From positions 1-44,888 of IMG/VR virus record IMGVR_UViG_3300035156_000094: a DNA stretch of 44,888 nucleotides; one strand, 5' to 3'. Positions 17,130 through 24,584 of the stretch are shown here, piece by piece. The notes under the pieces are model-generated. The model did not search any database. It saw only the letters and a list, made by a program, of their open reading frames with translations, and was not told the DNA's origin. Both the position numbers and the translations under genes were made by a program. Every line of letters starts with the position of its first letter. Within the stretch, counting starts at the first letter, position 1. The stretch comes from a virus.

Positions 17130-18124
17130 AGCCGAATATCCCGCAGCTGGTCGTTCCAGTCTTTGTAGATCTCGGCGGGATACATGGTCCGCACCACCTT
17201 GCCGCGATCGGTCAGCGCCAGCGCCGCCGCTTGGACGGCGGCACGGCCCGCGGTGTCGTTCTGCCCCGCGATGACGATCGAGGTGACGTGCGGCGGATAC
17301 TGCACCTCGGGCATCATGGCGGTGCCGAGGGTGACCCATACCGCCGCGCCGGGCATCTCCTGGGCGAGGCTCAGCCCGTCCTCGGGTCCTTCGGTCACGA
17401 TGATCTCGACCACGTCGCGATCGACGGCACGACCAAGGCGCAGCGCGCCGCCCTTCACGCGCCCGAGGCTGCGCTTCGGCTTGGCCATGCCAGCCTTGCG
17501 CCGCCCGCCATCGGCGAGGAATATTCGCTGCAACCCGATCAGGCCGGTGGCGTCTGTCACCGCGCCGACCAGCGCCGGCAGATCCGGGCCGCACTCGCCA
17601 GTCTCGTCGTCGTACCAGCTCGGCGTCATCACGAACCGGATGGAGTCGGGCAGCGGTGCCGTGATCCCGCGCGATCGGGCATAGATCTCGGCAGGCGTGC
17701 CCGCCGCCGGGACAGCCTTCGCCCACACCCCAGCGGCGCGATCGATCGCAGCCTGCCGCTCGGCGGCGTCCTCTTCGGCAGCCTTCGCGCGCTCGGCCGG
17801 GTCCACCATCGGCAGGTCGGCGGCACCGAGCCACCGTAGCGCGTCGACAAAGCGCAGCCCCTGCGTCTCCATGACATAGGACACGATGTCGCCGGACTTG
17901 CCGCAGCCGAAACAGTGGAACGTGCCCTTGGCGTCGTTCATCTGCATGCTGGGGCTGCGCTCGGTATGGAACGCGCAGAGCGCCCGCTTCTCGCGCCCGG
18001 CCCGCGTCACCTTCCGGTCGCGCCCGATCACGTCGCTGATGTTGTGGCGATCCTTGGCCTCGTCGACCGCGCGACGGAACTGCGCGTCGCGTTCGGCCCG
18101 GCCTGCCCCCCCGGCCCGGCTCAT
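17126..18124 (-). CDS. DNA primase (CHC2 zinc finger + Toprim)
   Basis: CAFHTERSPSMQMNDAKGTFHCFGCGKSGD is a CHC2 finger. VTEGPEDGLSLAQ and IAGQNDTAG are Toprim acidic motifs. Confidence 0.85.
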   Translation of the reverse strand: MSRAGGAGRAERDAQFRRAVDEAKDRHNISDVIGRDRKVTRAGREKRALCAFHTERSPSMQMNDAKGTFHCFGCGKSGDIVSYVMETQGLRFVDALRWLGAADLPMVDPAERAKAAEEDAAERQAAIDRAAGVWAKAVPAAGTPAEIYARSRGITAPLPDSIRFVMTPSWYDDETGECGPDLPALVGAVTDATGLIGLQRIFLADGGRRKAGMAKPKRSLGRVKGGALRLGRAVDRDVVEIIVTEGPEDGLSLAQEMPGAAVWVTLGTAMMPEVQYPPHVTSIVIAGQNDTAGRAAVQAAALALTDRGKVVRTMYPAEIYKDWNDQLRDIRL

Positions 18125-18327
18125 TCGCCGCTCGCCAGATAGGCGAGCACGTCGGCGGGCAATTCATATTTCAGCCGCCGCACCGCCTCCAATACCGCCG
18201 GCCGGCGCCATGGCGGGATCGACCCGCTCTTCTTCCATGAGAAGACGGTGCCCACGGGGCAGCGCATCTCTTCGGCGATCCGCGACAGGCGCGATCGCTC
18301 GGCGAATAGGTCGGCAACTGGTGACAT
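18121..18327 (-). CDS. Cro-like small HTH protein, first gene of the leftward array
   Basis: 68 aa with an HTH-like segment LSRIAEEMRCPVGTVFSWKKSG. It is divergent from the repressor gene and has an ATGA overlap with the primase. Confidence 0.6.
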   Translation of the reverse strand: MSPVADLFAERSRLSRIAEEMRCPVGTVFSWKKSGSIPPWRRPAVLEAVRRLKYELPADVLAYLASGE

Positions 18328-18368
18328 GCCCCATTTTCGGACATGCCGTCTCGTTCTGCAACATGTAT

Positions 18369-18383
18369 TTCGGATAATCCGAA
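18369..18383. promoter_or_regulatory. Operator-like palindrome TTCGGAT-A-ATCCGAA in the cro/cI divergent region
   Basis: A perfect 7+7 inverted repeat, with an additional TTCGGA half site at 18336-18341. TTGCAG-N17-GAAAAT reads toward the cro-like gene on the minus strand. Confidence 0.6.
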
Positions 18384-18409
18384 TATCGCAGCCGGAACGG
18401 GTCTGTTAA

Positions 18410-18982
18410 TTGCAGAGGATGAGCACGATCCGATCAGCAGAAGACATCCTACAGGCGCTCGCCGACGCGAAGGTGCCGAAAGGCGTCATTGCGAAGAAGC
18501 TGGTGATCGCGCCGTCAGCGGTGACCGACCTTTATGCGGGGCGCCGCCAGCTGAAGCACGACGAGGCGCTGCGGTTGCTTGACCTGGTGCCCGATCGGAC
18601 CGCGGGCGCCGAGATCCCGCTGATCGGCCTTGCTGGTGCGGGCAACTGGATCGAGGCGATCGAAGAAACGAAAGAGCGCATTTGGGTCCCGCGCGAGGCG
18701 CATGCAGTCGGGCGTTTCGCAGTCGAGGTCGTCGGGCAGAGCATGAACCTTGTTCTCCCGGAAGGCACCCTCGCGGTGATCAACCCGGAAGACCGCGATC
18801 TGTTCGTCGGCAAGATGTACCTGCTGCGCAACTCCGAGGGCGAGGCGACGATCAAGCGCTACCGCGCCGACCCGGCACGCTTCGAGCCAGTATCGGACGA
18901 CCCGACCTTCGAGGCTTTTTCCGTAGGCTCGTCAGACTTCCGGGTCATCGGAAGGGTCACGTATGCGATGCAGCGTTTCTAA
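18410..18982 (+). CDS. CI/LexA-like repressor (HTH + S24 autopeptidase domain)
   Basis: The C-terminal domain has VVGQSMN (Ser nucleophile) and ATIKRY (Lys). The N-terminal region is HTH-like. The track start is TTG 18410; ATG 18419 is the alternative. Confidence 0.85.
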   Translation: MQRMSTIRSAEDILQALADAKVPKGVIAKKLVIAPSAVTDLYAGRRQLKHDEALRLLDLVPDRTAGAEIPLIGLAGAGNWIEAIEETKERIWVPREAHAVGRFAVEVVGQSMNLVLPEGTLAVINPEDRDLFVGKMYLLRNSEGEATIKRYRADPARFEPVSDDPTFEAFSVGSSDFRVIGRVTYAMQRF

Positions 18983-18999
18983 TCCCCGAAATTCTCTAT

Positions 19000-19028
19000 T
19001 TGACACACTTCGGATTTTCCGAAATAAG
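19000..19028 (+). promoter_or_regulatory. Putative early rightward promoter (TTGACA-N17-AATAAG) with an embedded operator TTCGGA-TTT-TCCGAA (19009-19023)
   Basis: The -35 is a perfect TTGACA at 19000-19005. The palindrome, related to the 18369 site, fills the spacer. It lies 110 nt upstream of the first gene of the 15-gene array. Confidence 0.5.
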
Positions 19029-19136
19029 TAAGCGCATCAGCTGACCTGAAGCGCACGTGACTCGGCGCACTCGGCAAGGCTGATGCGCAGGGCGGTCACC
19101 AGCCACCTGCATCACTCATAGCAGGGAGGTTGGCTT

Positions 19137-19370
19137 ATGGCCGCCGATGCAAGCCGCGCACCCTTGGTGCGCGAGACGAAGACTGTTGCCGATCGTCTGC
19201 GGGCCACTTGGGCTCGGATCGAGCCCGGCATCCGCATCCACCGCGACAATTTCATCGAGCGCTGGGACGGCGAAGGGGAAGGCCGCGCAAGCTCGATCGA
19301 CTTTGAGGGCTTTGGCCTCTCGTTCATCCTCTTCATCGGCCGGACGCCGAAGAAGCACGGCGGCGAGTGA
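19137..19370 (+). CDS. Hypothetical protein (77 aa)
   Basis: Strong SD gggagg lies 7 nt before the ATG. It is the first gene of the overlap-coupled array. Confidence 0.65.
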   Translation: MAADASRAPLVRETKTVADRLRATWARIEPGIRIHRDNFIERWDGEGEGRASSIDFEGFGLSFILFIGRTPKKHGGE

Positions 19371-19651
19371 TGGCGAACGTCACCACCACGCACGCCATCG
19401 CCGATCCCTTCGACGCGATCGAGGAAACCGGCTTCGTCTTGGAGCGCATCCGGGCTGTTCTTGACGCGGCTCACGAAGCGCTCGTCGCCGACGTGGTCGA
19501 AGATCCTACGGTCCAGGGCAACGCCAAGGCTCGCGCCTATGACGTTTGGCTGATGGTGAAGCTCGCGACCGACAGCCTGGACCAGGCTCGGACGGTCTTT
19601 GCCCAGGCCTTCGAGGATCTGCCGCGCCCCTTCCCGGTGAAGGCGGCATGA
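19367..19651 (+). CDS. Hypothetical protein (94 aa)
   Basis: GTGATG start region overlaps the upstream stop. Acidic helical composition. Confidence 0.6.
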   Translation: MMANVTTTHAIADPFDAIEETGFVLERIRAVLDAAHEALVADVVEDPTVQGNAKARAYDVWLMVKLATDSLDQARTVFAQAFEDLPRPFPVKAA

Positions 19652-20178
19652 GCGCCGCCGCTCCCCGCATCGCCCGGCCGGTGAACGCGATCACCCTCCC
19701 CCCTGCCCCCATGGCGCTCGCGCGCAGCCACCGCGACGACCTGCGCATCTTCGACGCCGTCCCCGACCACCATGCCGTGATCGCCATGACTGGCGACGGG
19801 TCGGCGCTGCTGCGGCGCGGCGAGGTCGCGGTGTATGACACCGACGCGCACGCGGCCGTCCTGCAGGACGGCGGCTTGTACGTCGTCGAGAGTCAGACGC
19901 CCGCTCATGGCATGCCGGTCGATATGTTCGCGCGCATGCTGCTCGATCGGCGAGCGCCTCGCATGCGGGTGGACCGCTGCGTCCGCCGGCTGGTGCGCTC
20001 CGAGCGGAACCCGGAACACTGGTGGTTCCGGCCGCTGAAGGTGGACGGCGGCGCGATCGGCGGCATCCGGGTCTTCGTCGCCTCCGACGGCCCCTATTGC
20101 GAGATCGATGTCTACGCGAAGGTGATCGGCCGCGTGGTCGGGATCTATAACCCGGCCGCGATCGGCGGTGACGCATGA
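19648..20178 (+). CDS. Hypothetical protein (176 aa)
   Basis: ATGA overlap at 19648-19651. The earlier part of the 210-aa ORF is out of frame with the preceding gene. A resemblance to an S24-like beta-barrel is weak and not asserted. Confidence 0.55.
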   Translation: MSAAAPRIARPVNAITLPPAPMALARSHRDDLRIFDAVPDHHAVIAMTGDGSALLRRGEVAVYDTDAHAAVLQDGGLYVVESQTPAHGMPVDMFARMLLDRRAPRMRVDRCVRRLVRSERNPEHWWFRPLKVDGGAIGGIRVFVASDGPYCEIDVYAKVIGRVVGIYNPAAIGGDA

Positions 20179-20540
20179 GCGCCGATCTGATCGGTCCCGA
20201 CCTGGGGGACGCGCCGCCGCTCGCGCAGCAGCTGGATTGGCTCGATCTCGTCGCGACCACCGGCGAAGACTACGCGGTCATCTTTTTGTCGGTGATGGAT
20301 GATGTCGGGACCGCCCGGCTCTTCATCGATCGCGATGGCGGGGAGCAGATCCTGCTCGGCGTCGCGTGCGACGACCATGCCGAAGAGCGCTCTGCCCGGC
20401 TCGATGCCTTCATGGGGCACCTGCGCAACGCGGGCCACCGCCAGCACGTGATCGACCTGCTGAAGCGCAAGCGTCGTGTCGACGACCAGCGCCCGGCGAT
20501 GCCGATCTTGACCACCGAACACGAAGGGGATCACGCATGA
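20175..20540 (+). CDS. Hypothetical protein (121 aa)
   Basis: ATGA overlaps at both ends. Confidence 0.55.
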   Translation: MSADLIGPDLGDAPPLAQQLDWLDLVATTGEDYAVIFLSVMDDVGTARLFIDRDGGEQILLGVACDDHAEERSARLDAFMGHLRNAGHRQHVIDLLKRKRRVDDQRPAMPILTTEHEGDHA

Positions 20541-21268
20541 TCACCGCCGCCGCCGGACTGCCGCGCGCAGCCTACAATCCCGACAGCCCCGATGCCGCAA
20601 TCCTCGCCGCTTGGGAGATGATCCGCGCTAATCGAGCCATGGTTTACAGCCACGACGGCGAGGAATGGTCGGACGAGCGCGAGGCGATCACCAGCGCTTA
20701 CGACGACGAGCAATATGCCAACGAGGCTTTGATCGAGAAGTCGCAGCCGCGCACGCCGAGCGGCGTAGCGCTGAAGCTGAAGCTCCAAATCACCGGCGAT
20801 TGCGAACGCTGGATCGACTCGACCCTCTGCACGAACGGCGTCGCGGCGCTGCACGCCCGCCGCAGCGAGATGGAGGGGAACGGCGCGATGGTGCTCGATT
20901 GCATCGTCGACCTGATCCGCATCGAGTGGCAGCAGGCGCTTGCCGCATACGACGAGATCGAGGCGCAGCTGACCGCGTTTAACGATCTGTACGCGCTCGT
21001 AGAAGAAAATGAGCACGGCGCCGTTGGCCCCGACGATCTAGCTACCCGGATTGGCACCGCAGCCGAGGCATTTCAGCACCGGATCTGCTCGGCGAGCGCT
21101 GCGGCCATGCGCAGGCTGGTTCGCACCCTCACGCCGGATCGCGACGCGCTGATGCGCAAGCTCGGCCTCCTGCTCGGCGAAGGCTGCGGTGATGACGCCC
21201 CGCTCTGGCTTGCGCGTGACATCAGCTATCTGACCGGGCAGCTCGAAGCGCCGAAGGCGGCGGCGTGA
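20537..21268 (+). CDS. Hypothetical protein (243 aa)
   Basis: ATGA overlap at 20537-20540. Helical, acidic. No motif recognised. Confidence 0.55.
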   Translation: MITAAAGLPRAAYNPDSPDAAILAAWEMIRANRAMVYSHDGEEWSDEREAITSAYDDEQYANEALIEKSQPRTPSGVALKLKLQITGDCERWIDSTLCTNGVAALHARRSEMEGNGAMVLDCIVDLIRIEWQQALAAYDEIEAQLTAFNDLYALVEENEHGAVGPDDLATRIGTAAEAFQHRICSASAAAMRRLVRTLTPDRDALMRKLGLLLGEGCGDDAPLWLARDISYLTGQLEAPKAAA

Positions 21269-22230
21269 CCCAGCCCCTCCACTACACGCCAAAGGCGATG
21301 GCGGACTTGCTCGCGCTCGCCGAGGCATCGCCGCCGGGCATGACGGCAGGGTTCCGCTATCTCGCCGACAAGCTCCGCCAAGCGCAGGTCTTCGTCCTCT
21401 CGGATCATGGGCAGCTGCTCGATCGGGCGAAGCCTCGGCCGCAGGTGCCGGGCGACGTGTTCCGCCCGCCGTTCCCGGTGGTCGCCTTGGAATACACCGC
21501 CTCGACTCGAGAGTGGGCGGACCCCTTCTATAACGGGTCGAAGTGCTCGCGCCGGATCGCCCTCGCTTGGGAGTGGTCAGACGATCTGCCGCCGATCCTG
21601 CGCGCGTTCCCCTGCGCCGACCTGGGCGCTGGGGTCGTGGTCGCAGCGCTCGCGTTCTATGACGAGCAGGACCATTGGCTGCCGGTTGCCGCCGCCATGC
21701 ACCTCGACTTTGAGGAAACTTGGAACGACGCGCCAGCGCCCTCGCCTTTCCGCGAGGCGATGATCAAGGCGGGCCGGATCTCCAAGGCGGTCGAGAAGGA
21801 ACCCGGCCTCGCCAGCTCGCCCATCGCGCTGATGCCGGAAGCGATCGAGGCGATAGCCGCGCGCATGGGCGCCGCCGCCACGATCGACGCGATCTGCGCC
21901 GACATGATGGACGAGGTAAACGCCTATACCGACCTCTGCTACGCGCTCGCGTGCGGCAACGTCGGCACCAGCCGCGTGACCGCGCCGCCGGCTCTGAACA
22001 AGAAGCGGATCAAGGCGGGCAAGCTGCCCCTTCGTGACTTCCACGTCCTCGAACTCGCGGGCGGAGGCGTCCTGCCCGGCGCCAGCGACCACGGGGGCGG
22101 CGATCGGGCTGCGCCTCGATCCCACCTGCGCCGCGGCCATATCCGCCGCCTGGGGCCGGAACGCATCACCTGGGTCAATTCGGCGATCGTCCGCGGTCGC
22201 GGCTTCATCGACAAGGTCTACGCCGCATGA
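21265..22230 (+). CDS. Hypothetical protein (321 aa)
   Basis: GTGA overlap at 21265-21268. It is the largest ORF of the early array. No motif recognised. Confidence 0.6.
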   Translation: MTQPLHYTPKAMADLLALAEASPPGMTAGFRYLADKLRQAQVFVLSDHGQLLDRAKPRPQVPGDVFRPPFPVVALEYTASTREWADPFYNGSKCSRRIALAWEWSDDLPPILRAFPCADLGAGVVVAALAFYDEQDHWLPVAAAMHLDFEETWNDAPAPSPFREAMIKAGRISKAVEKEPGLASSPIALMPEAIEAIAARMGAAATIDAICADMMDEVNAYTDLCYALACGNVGTSRVTAPPALNKKRIKAGKLPLRDFHVLELAGGGVLPGASDHGGGDRAAPRSHLRRGHIRRLGPERITWVNSAIVRGRGFIDKVYAA

Positions 22231-22520
22231 CGCCGCCGGATTATCTCGGCACCTGCGAGACGTGCGCATGGTGGACCCGCGAGCCCGAGCTGGCGAACGC
22301 ACTTCGCCGGCCGGACGGCTCCGCCAGCGATCTCGGCGTTTGTCAGGTCAATGCCCCTGTCGTGGTCGGCACCGGCGGCTTCCGCATGTCAGTGTTCCCC
22401 GAGGTTCGCGCCCACCGCTTTTGCAGCCGGTGGGAGCCCGAGGACGAGGGCGGCGATGGTGGTGACGGGGGCGGCGGCGAGGAAGTCACGAACGTCGTGC
22501 CGCTTCGAGGTGCAGCGTGA
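22227..22520 (+). CDS. Small Cys-containing protein (97 aa) with a Gly/Asp-rich tail
   Basis: ATGA overlap. Sequence CETCAWW...GVCQ...FCSRW. Confidence 0.5.
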   Translation: MTPPDYLGTCETCAWWTREPELANALRRPDGSASDLGVCQVNAPVVVGTGGFRMSVFPEVRAHRFCSRWEPEDEGGDGGDGGGGEEVTNVVPLRGAA

Positions 22521-22903
22521 GGATCGGGCCGGGACACCCCCCTGCGGTGCGGGATGCGCTTGCCGCCGCCGCTGCCAACCTCGACGCCGTCGAGGCGGAG
22601 TGGAAAGGCTCGGCAGGCCCATGCCATAATTGCGAGTTTGGATCTCGGAAGGGCATAAACGCCACCTATTGCAAGCATCCGGCGGCACGGCGGGCGCTGT
22701 TCGACCCGGTCAAAGATCAGCTAGTCTGGATCGAGAAAGAGCAGCGGGTCCTGCGCCGCGACGGCGAACTATGCGGGCCGAGTGGATCACTGTTCCGCCC
22801 GCTGCCGTTGCTGGTCGCTGTCCGCCGTTGGATCGCTGCGAACTGGTGGTGGATGATCTGGGTCGCTGTCTTGGCGCAAGCCGTTTGGTCGGCAGGGTCA
22901 TGA
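22517..22903 (+). CDS. Hypothetical protein with a C-terminal transmembrane segment (128 aa)
   Basis: GTGA overlap. The C-terminus LPLLVAVRRWIAANWWWMIWVAVLAQAVW is hydrophobic. Confidence 0.5.
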   Translation: MRIGPGHPPAVRDALAAAAANLDAVEAEWKGSAGPCHNCEFGSRKGINATYCKHPAARRALFDPVKDQLVWIEKEQRVLRRDGELCGPSGSLFRPLPLLVAVRRWIAANWWWMIWVAVLAQAVWSAGS

Positions 22904-23223
22904 TCGACCTGTTCCGCTATCCCGGAACACCGGGATCAAAGGACCGCGACACGTCGCACGCCGCCGCCGATCAGATCGCCGAAGCGGCACCGCAGCTGCG
23001 CGCCCGTGCGCTGGCGGTGGTCGAGCGATCGAACGGCATGACCGCCGACGAGGTCGCCGGCCGGCTGGGGATCTCGATCTTGAGCATCCGTCCGCGACTG
23101 ACCGAACTCGCCCGCCTGGGGAAGGTTCGCGACAGCGGCGTGCGGCGGAAGAACGTGAGCGGTCGCCGGGCGATCGTTTGGTCGCCGGTCTACCCGGCCA
23201 AGCTGAAGGGACAACGAACATGA
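22900..23223 (+). CDS. Winged-helix (MarR-like) DNA-binding protein (107 aa)
   Basis: ATGA overlap at 22900-22903. MTADEVAGRLGISILSIRPRLTELARLGKVRDSG is wHTH-like. Confidence 0.6.
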   Translation: MIDLFRYPGTPGSKDRDTSHAAADQIAEAAPQLRARALAVVERSNGMTADEVAGRLGISILSIRPRLTELARLGKVRDSGVRRKNVSGRRAIVWSPVYPAKLKGQRT

Positions 23224-23558
23224 CGCGCCGACTAATGATGCTCGCCGCCAGCTACGTGACGGTCGTGCTTCTAGCCGCGTTTGGCGTCTGCCTCGCCGAA
23301 GGTCGCTCGATCGGCGACGCTGTATGGTGGGCGGTCGTTACCGCGACGACCGTCGGATATGGCGACGTTTACCCGACGACCGCCGCCGGTCGGATCATCG
23401 CGGCGACGCTGATGCACGCCACGACCCTGATGCTCCTGCCGATCTTGACCGCCGAGATCGCCGCCAAGCTGATCGTGAACAGCGACGCCTTCACGCACGG
23501 CGAGCAGGAAGAAATCAAACAGCTGCTGCGCGACTTGGCCGCGAAGGTGAAGGCATGA
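23220..23558 (+). CDS. Minimal 2-TM KcsA-like potassium channel (112 aa)
   Basis: It carries the canonical K+ selectivity filter TATTVGYGD. The pore region [25 protein letters not shown] closely parallels KcsA [25 protein letters not shown]. Hydrophobic TM1 and TM2 flank it, and a short helical C-terminal tail follows. Confidence 0.85.
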   Translation: [112 protein letters not shown]

Positions 23559-23752
23559 GCACGCTATCGCCCTGGACGATCGCGGGGTGGCTGATCGTCG
23601 CGATCCTCGCGACGATGATGCTGGTGACGCCGATCATCGCGATCTTGATCATCCGGCAGCGTCGCAAGATGCTCGCCGACTTCGAGCGCCGTCGCGCGCA
23701 GATCCGGGACGAGATCGCACCCCTCAATCGCCGGTGGAGGTTCCGCCCATGA
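23555..23752 (+). CDS. Single-pass membrane protein (65 aa)
   Basis: ATGA overlap with the channel gene. TIAGWLIVAILATMMLVTPIIAILII is followed by a basic stretch. Confidence 0.55.
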   Translation: MSTLSPWTIAGWLIVAILATMMLVTPIIAILIIRQRRKMLADFERRRAQIRDEIAPLNRRWRFRP

Positions 23753-23949
23753 GCGCGATCGACCCGCTGCGCGAGCCGCAGCCGCCGCGCGAGGATCTGC
23801 CCGCATCCGTCCGAGCTATGGTGGAGGTATGGCAGGCGGCGGCGCTGGTCGCGGGCGACATCGCCCACGCCAAGCGCTCGATGTACCTCGCCTATGTCGC
23901 CGAGGGCTTCACCGAGGCGCAGGCGCTCGAACTGGCGAGGCACCTATGA
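23749..23949 (+). CDS. Hypothetical protein (66 aa)
   Basis: ATGA overlaps at both ends. Confidence 0.5.
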   Translation: MSAIDPLREPQPPREDLPASVRAMVEVWQAAALVAGDIAHAKRSMYLAYVAEGFTEAQALELARHL

Positions 23950-24146
23950 CGGCGGCGATCGACATGAAGGCGTTTCGCGGCGCCTTCCTGATCCACCAAT
24001 CGACCGCGCCGCGGGCTCGTCACCAGTCGTTCAGCGCCGCCGAGGCGGAAGCCGCCCGGCTGCTCGAAGCGAACCCCGACGCCAGTTTCATCATCAGCCA
24101 GGAGGTCGCGCGCGTGAAGCGTGGCCCGCAGGGAGCCCGATCGTGA
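23946..24146 (+). CDS. Hypothetical protein (66 aa)
   Basis: ATGA overlap upstream and GTGA overlap downstream. Confidence 0.5.
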   Translation: MTAAIDMKAFRGAFLIHQSTAPRARHQSFSAAEAEAARLLEANPDASFIISQEVARVKRGPQGARS

Positions 24147-24328
24147 CCTTTGTTCAAATGATCATAGCCGCATGGTTCACCAGCGAGATTGTCGCGCACG
24201 AAGACTGGGCGCATCGCGGCCTCGCCTTCGCAATCGCCGCCGTATGGTGGTGGATCACCTCCCGCGACGCCATCCCCGACGCGATCGAGCGCGGCCTCGA
24301 AAACTTCGCCCGGAAGCACCGCCGATGA
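24143..24328 (+). CDS. Small membrane protein (61 aa, two hydrophobic segments)
   Basis: GTGA overlap. Hydrophobic segments FVQMIIAAWFTSEIV and GLAFAIAAVWWWI. Confidence 0.5.
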   Translation: MTFVQMIIAAWFTSEIVAHEDWAHRGLAFAIAAVWWWITSRDAIPDAIERGLENFARKHRR

Positions 24329-24582
24329 CCAAGAAGACCGCCAAGCCGTCCGCCGCCGCCGCGCCGGTCGAGAAGCGAGCTCCATCTGTCGAGGCGGAGG
24401 ATCGGCTGCTGAAGATCGGCGAGGTCAAGGATCTCGTCGGCCTGGGCAAGACCATGATCTACCGCAAGGTGAAGGACGGCACCTTCCCCCAGCCGTGCAA
24501 GCCGGGTGGTGCCGCTACCCGGTGGAGCGAGCGCGAGGTCCGCGCTTGGCGCGATGAGGTGCTGGCGGCTCGCGCCGCCTAG
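24325..24582 (+). CDS. AlpA-family DNA-binding protein (excisionase / regulator-like)
   Basis: LLKIGEVKDLVGLGKTMIYRKVKDGTFPQP...RWSEREVRAW is the AlpA/Xis-type HTH pattern. It lies immediately next to the integrase gene. Confidence 0.8.
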   Translation: MTKKTAKPSAAAAPVEKRAPSVEAEDRLLKIGEVKDLVGLGKTMIYRKVKDGTFPQPCKPGGAATRWSEREVRAWRDEVLAARAA

Positions 24583-24584
24583 CC

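Noticed and set aside
15615-18167. Single 850-aa ORF spanning the primase region
   Set aside because: Its N-terminal 340 or so residues are Arg/Gly/Pro-rich and lie out of frame over the well-supported primase ORF (17126-18124). The real gene most likely starts at GTG 17129 (GTGA overlap).
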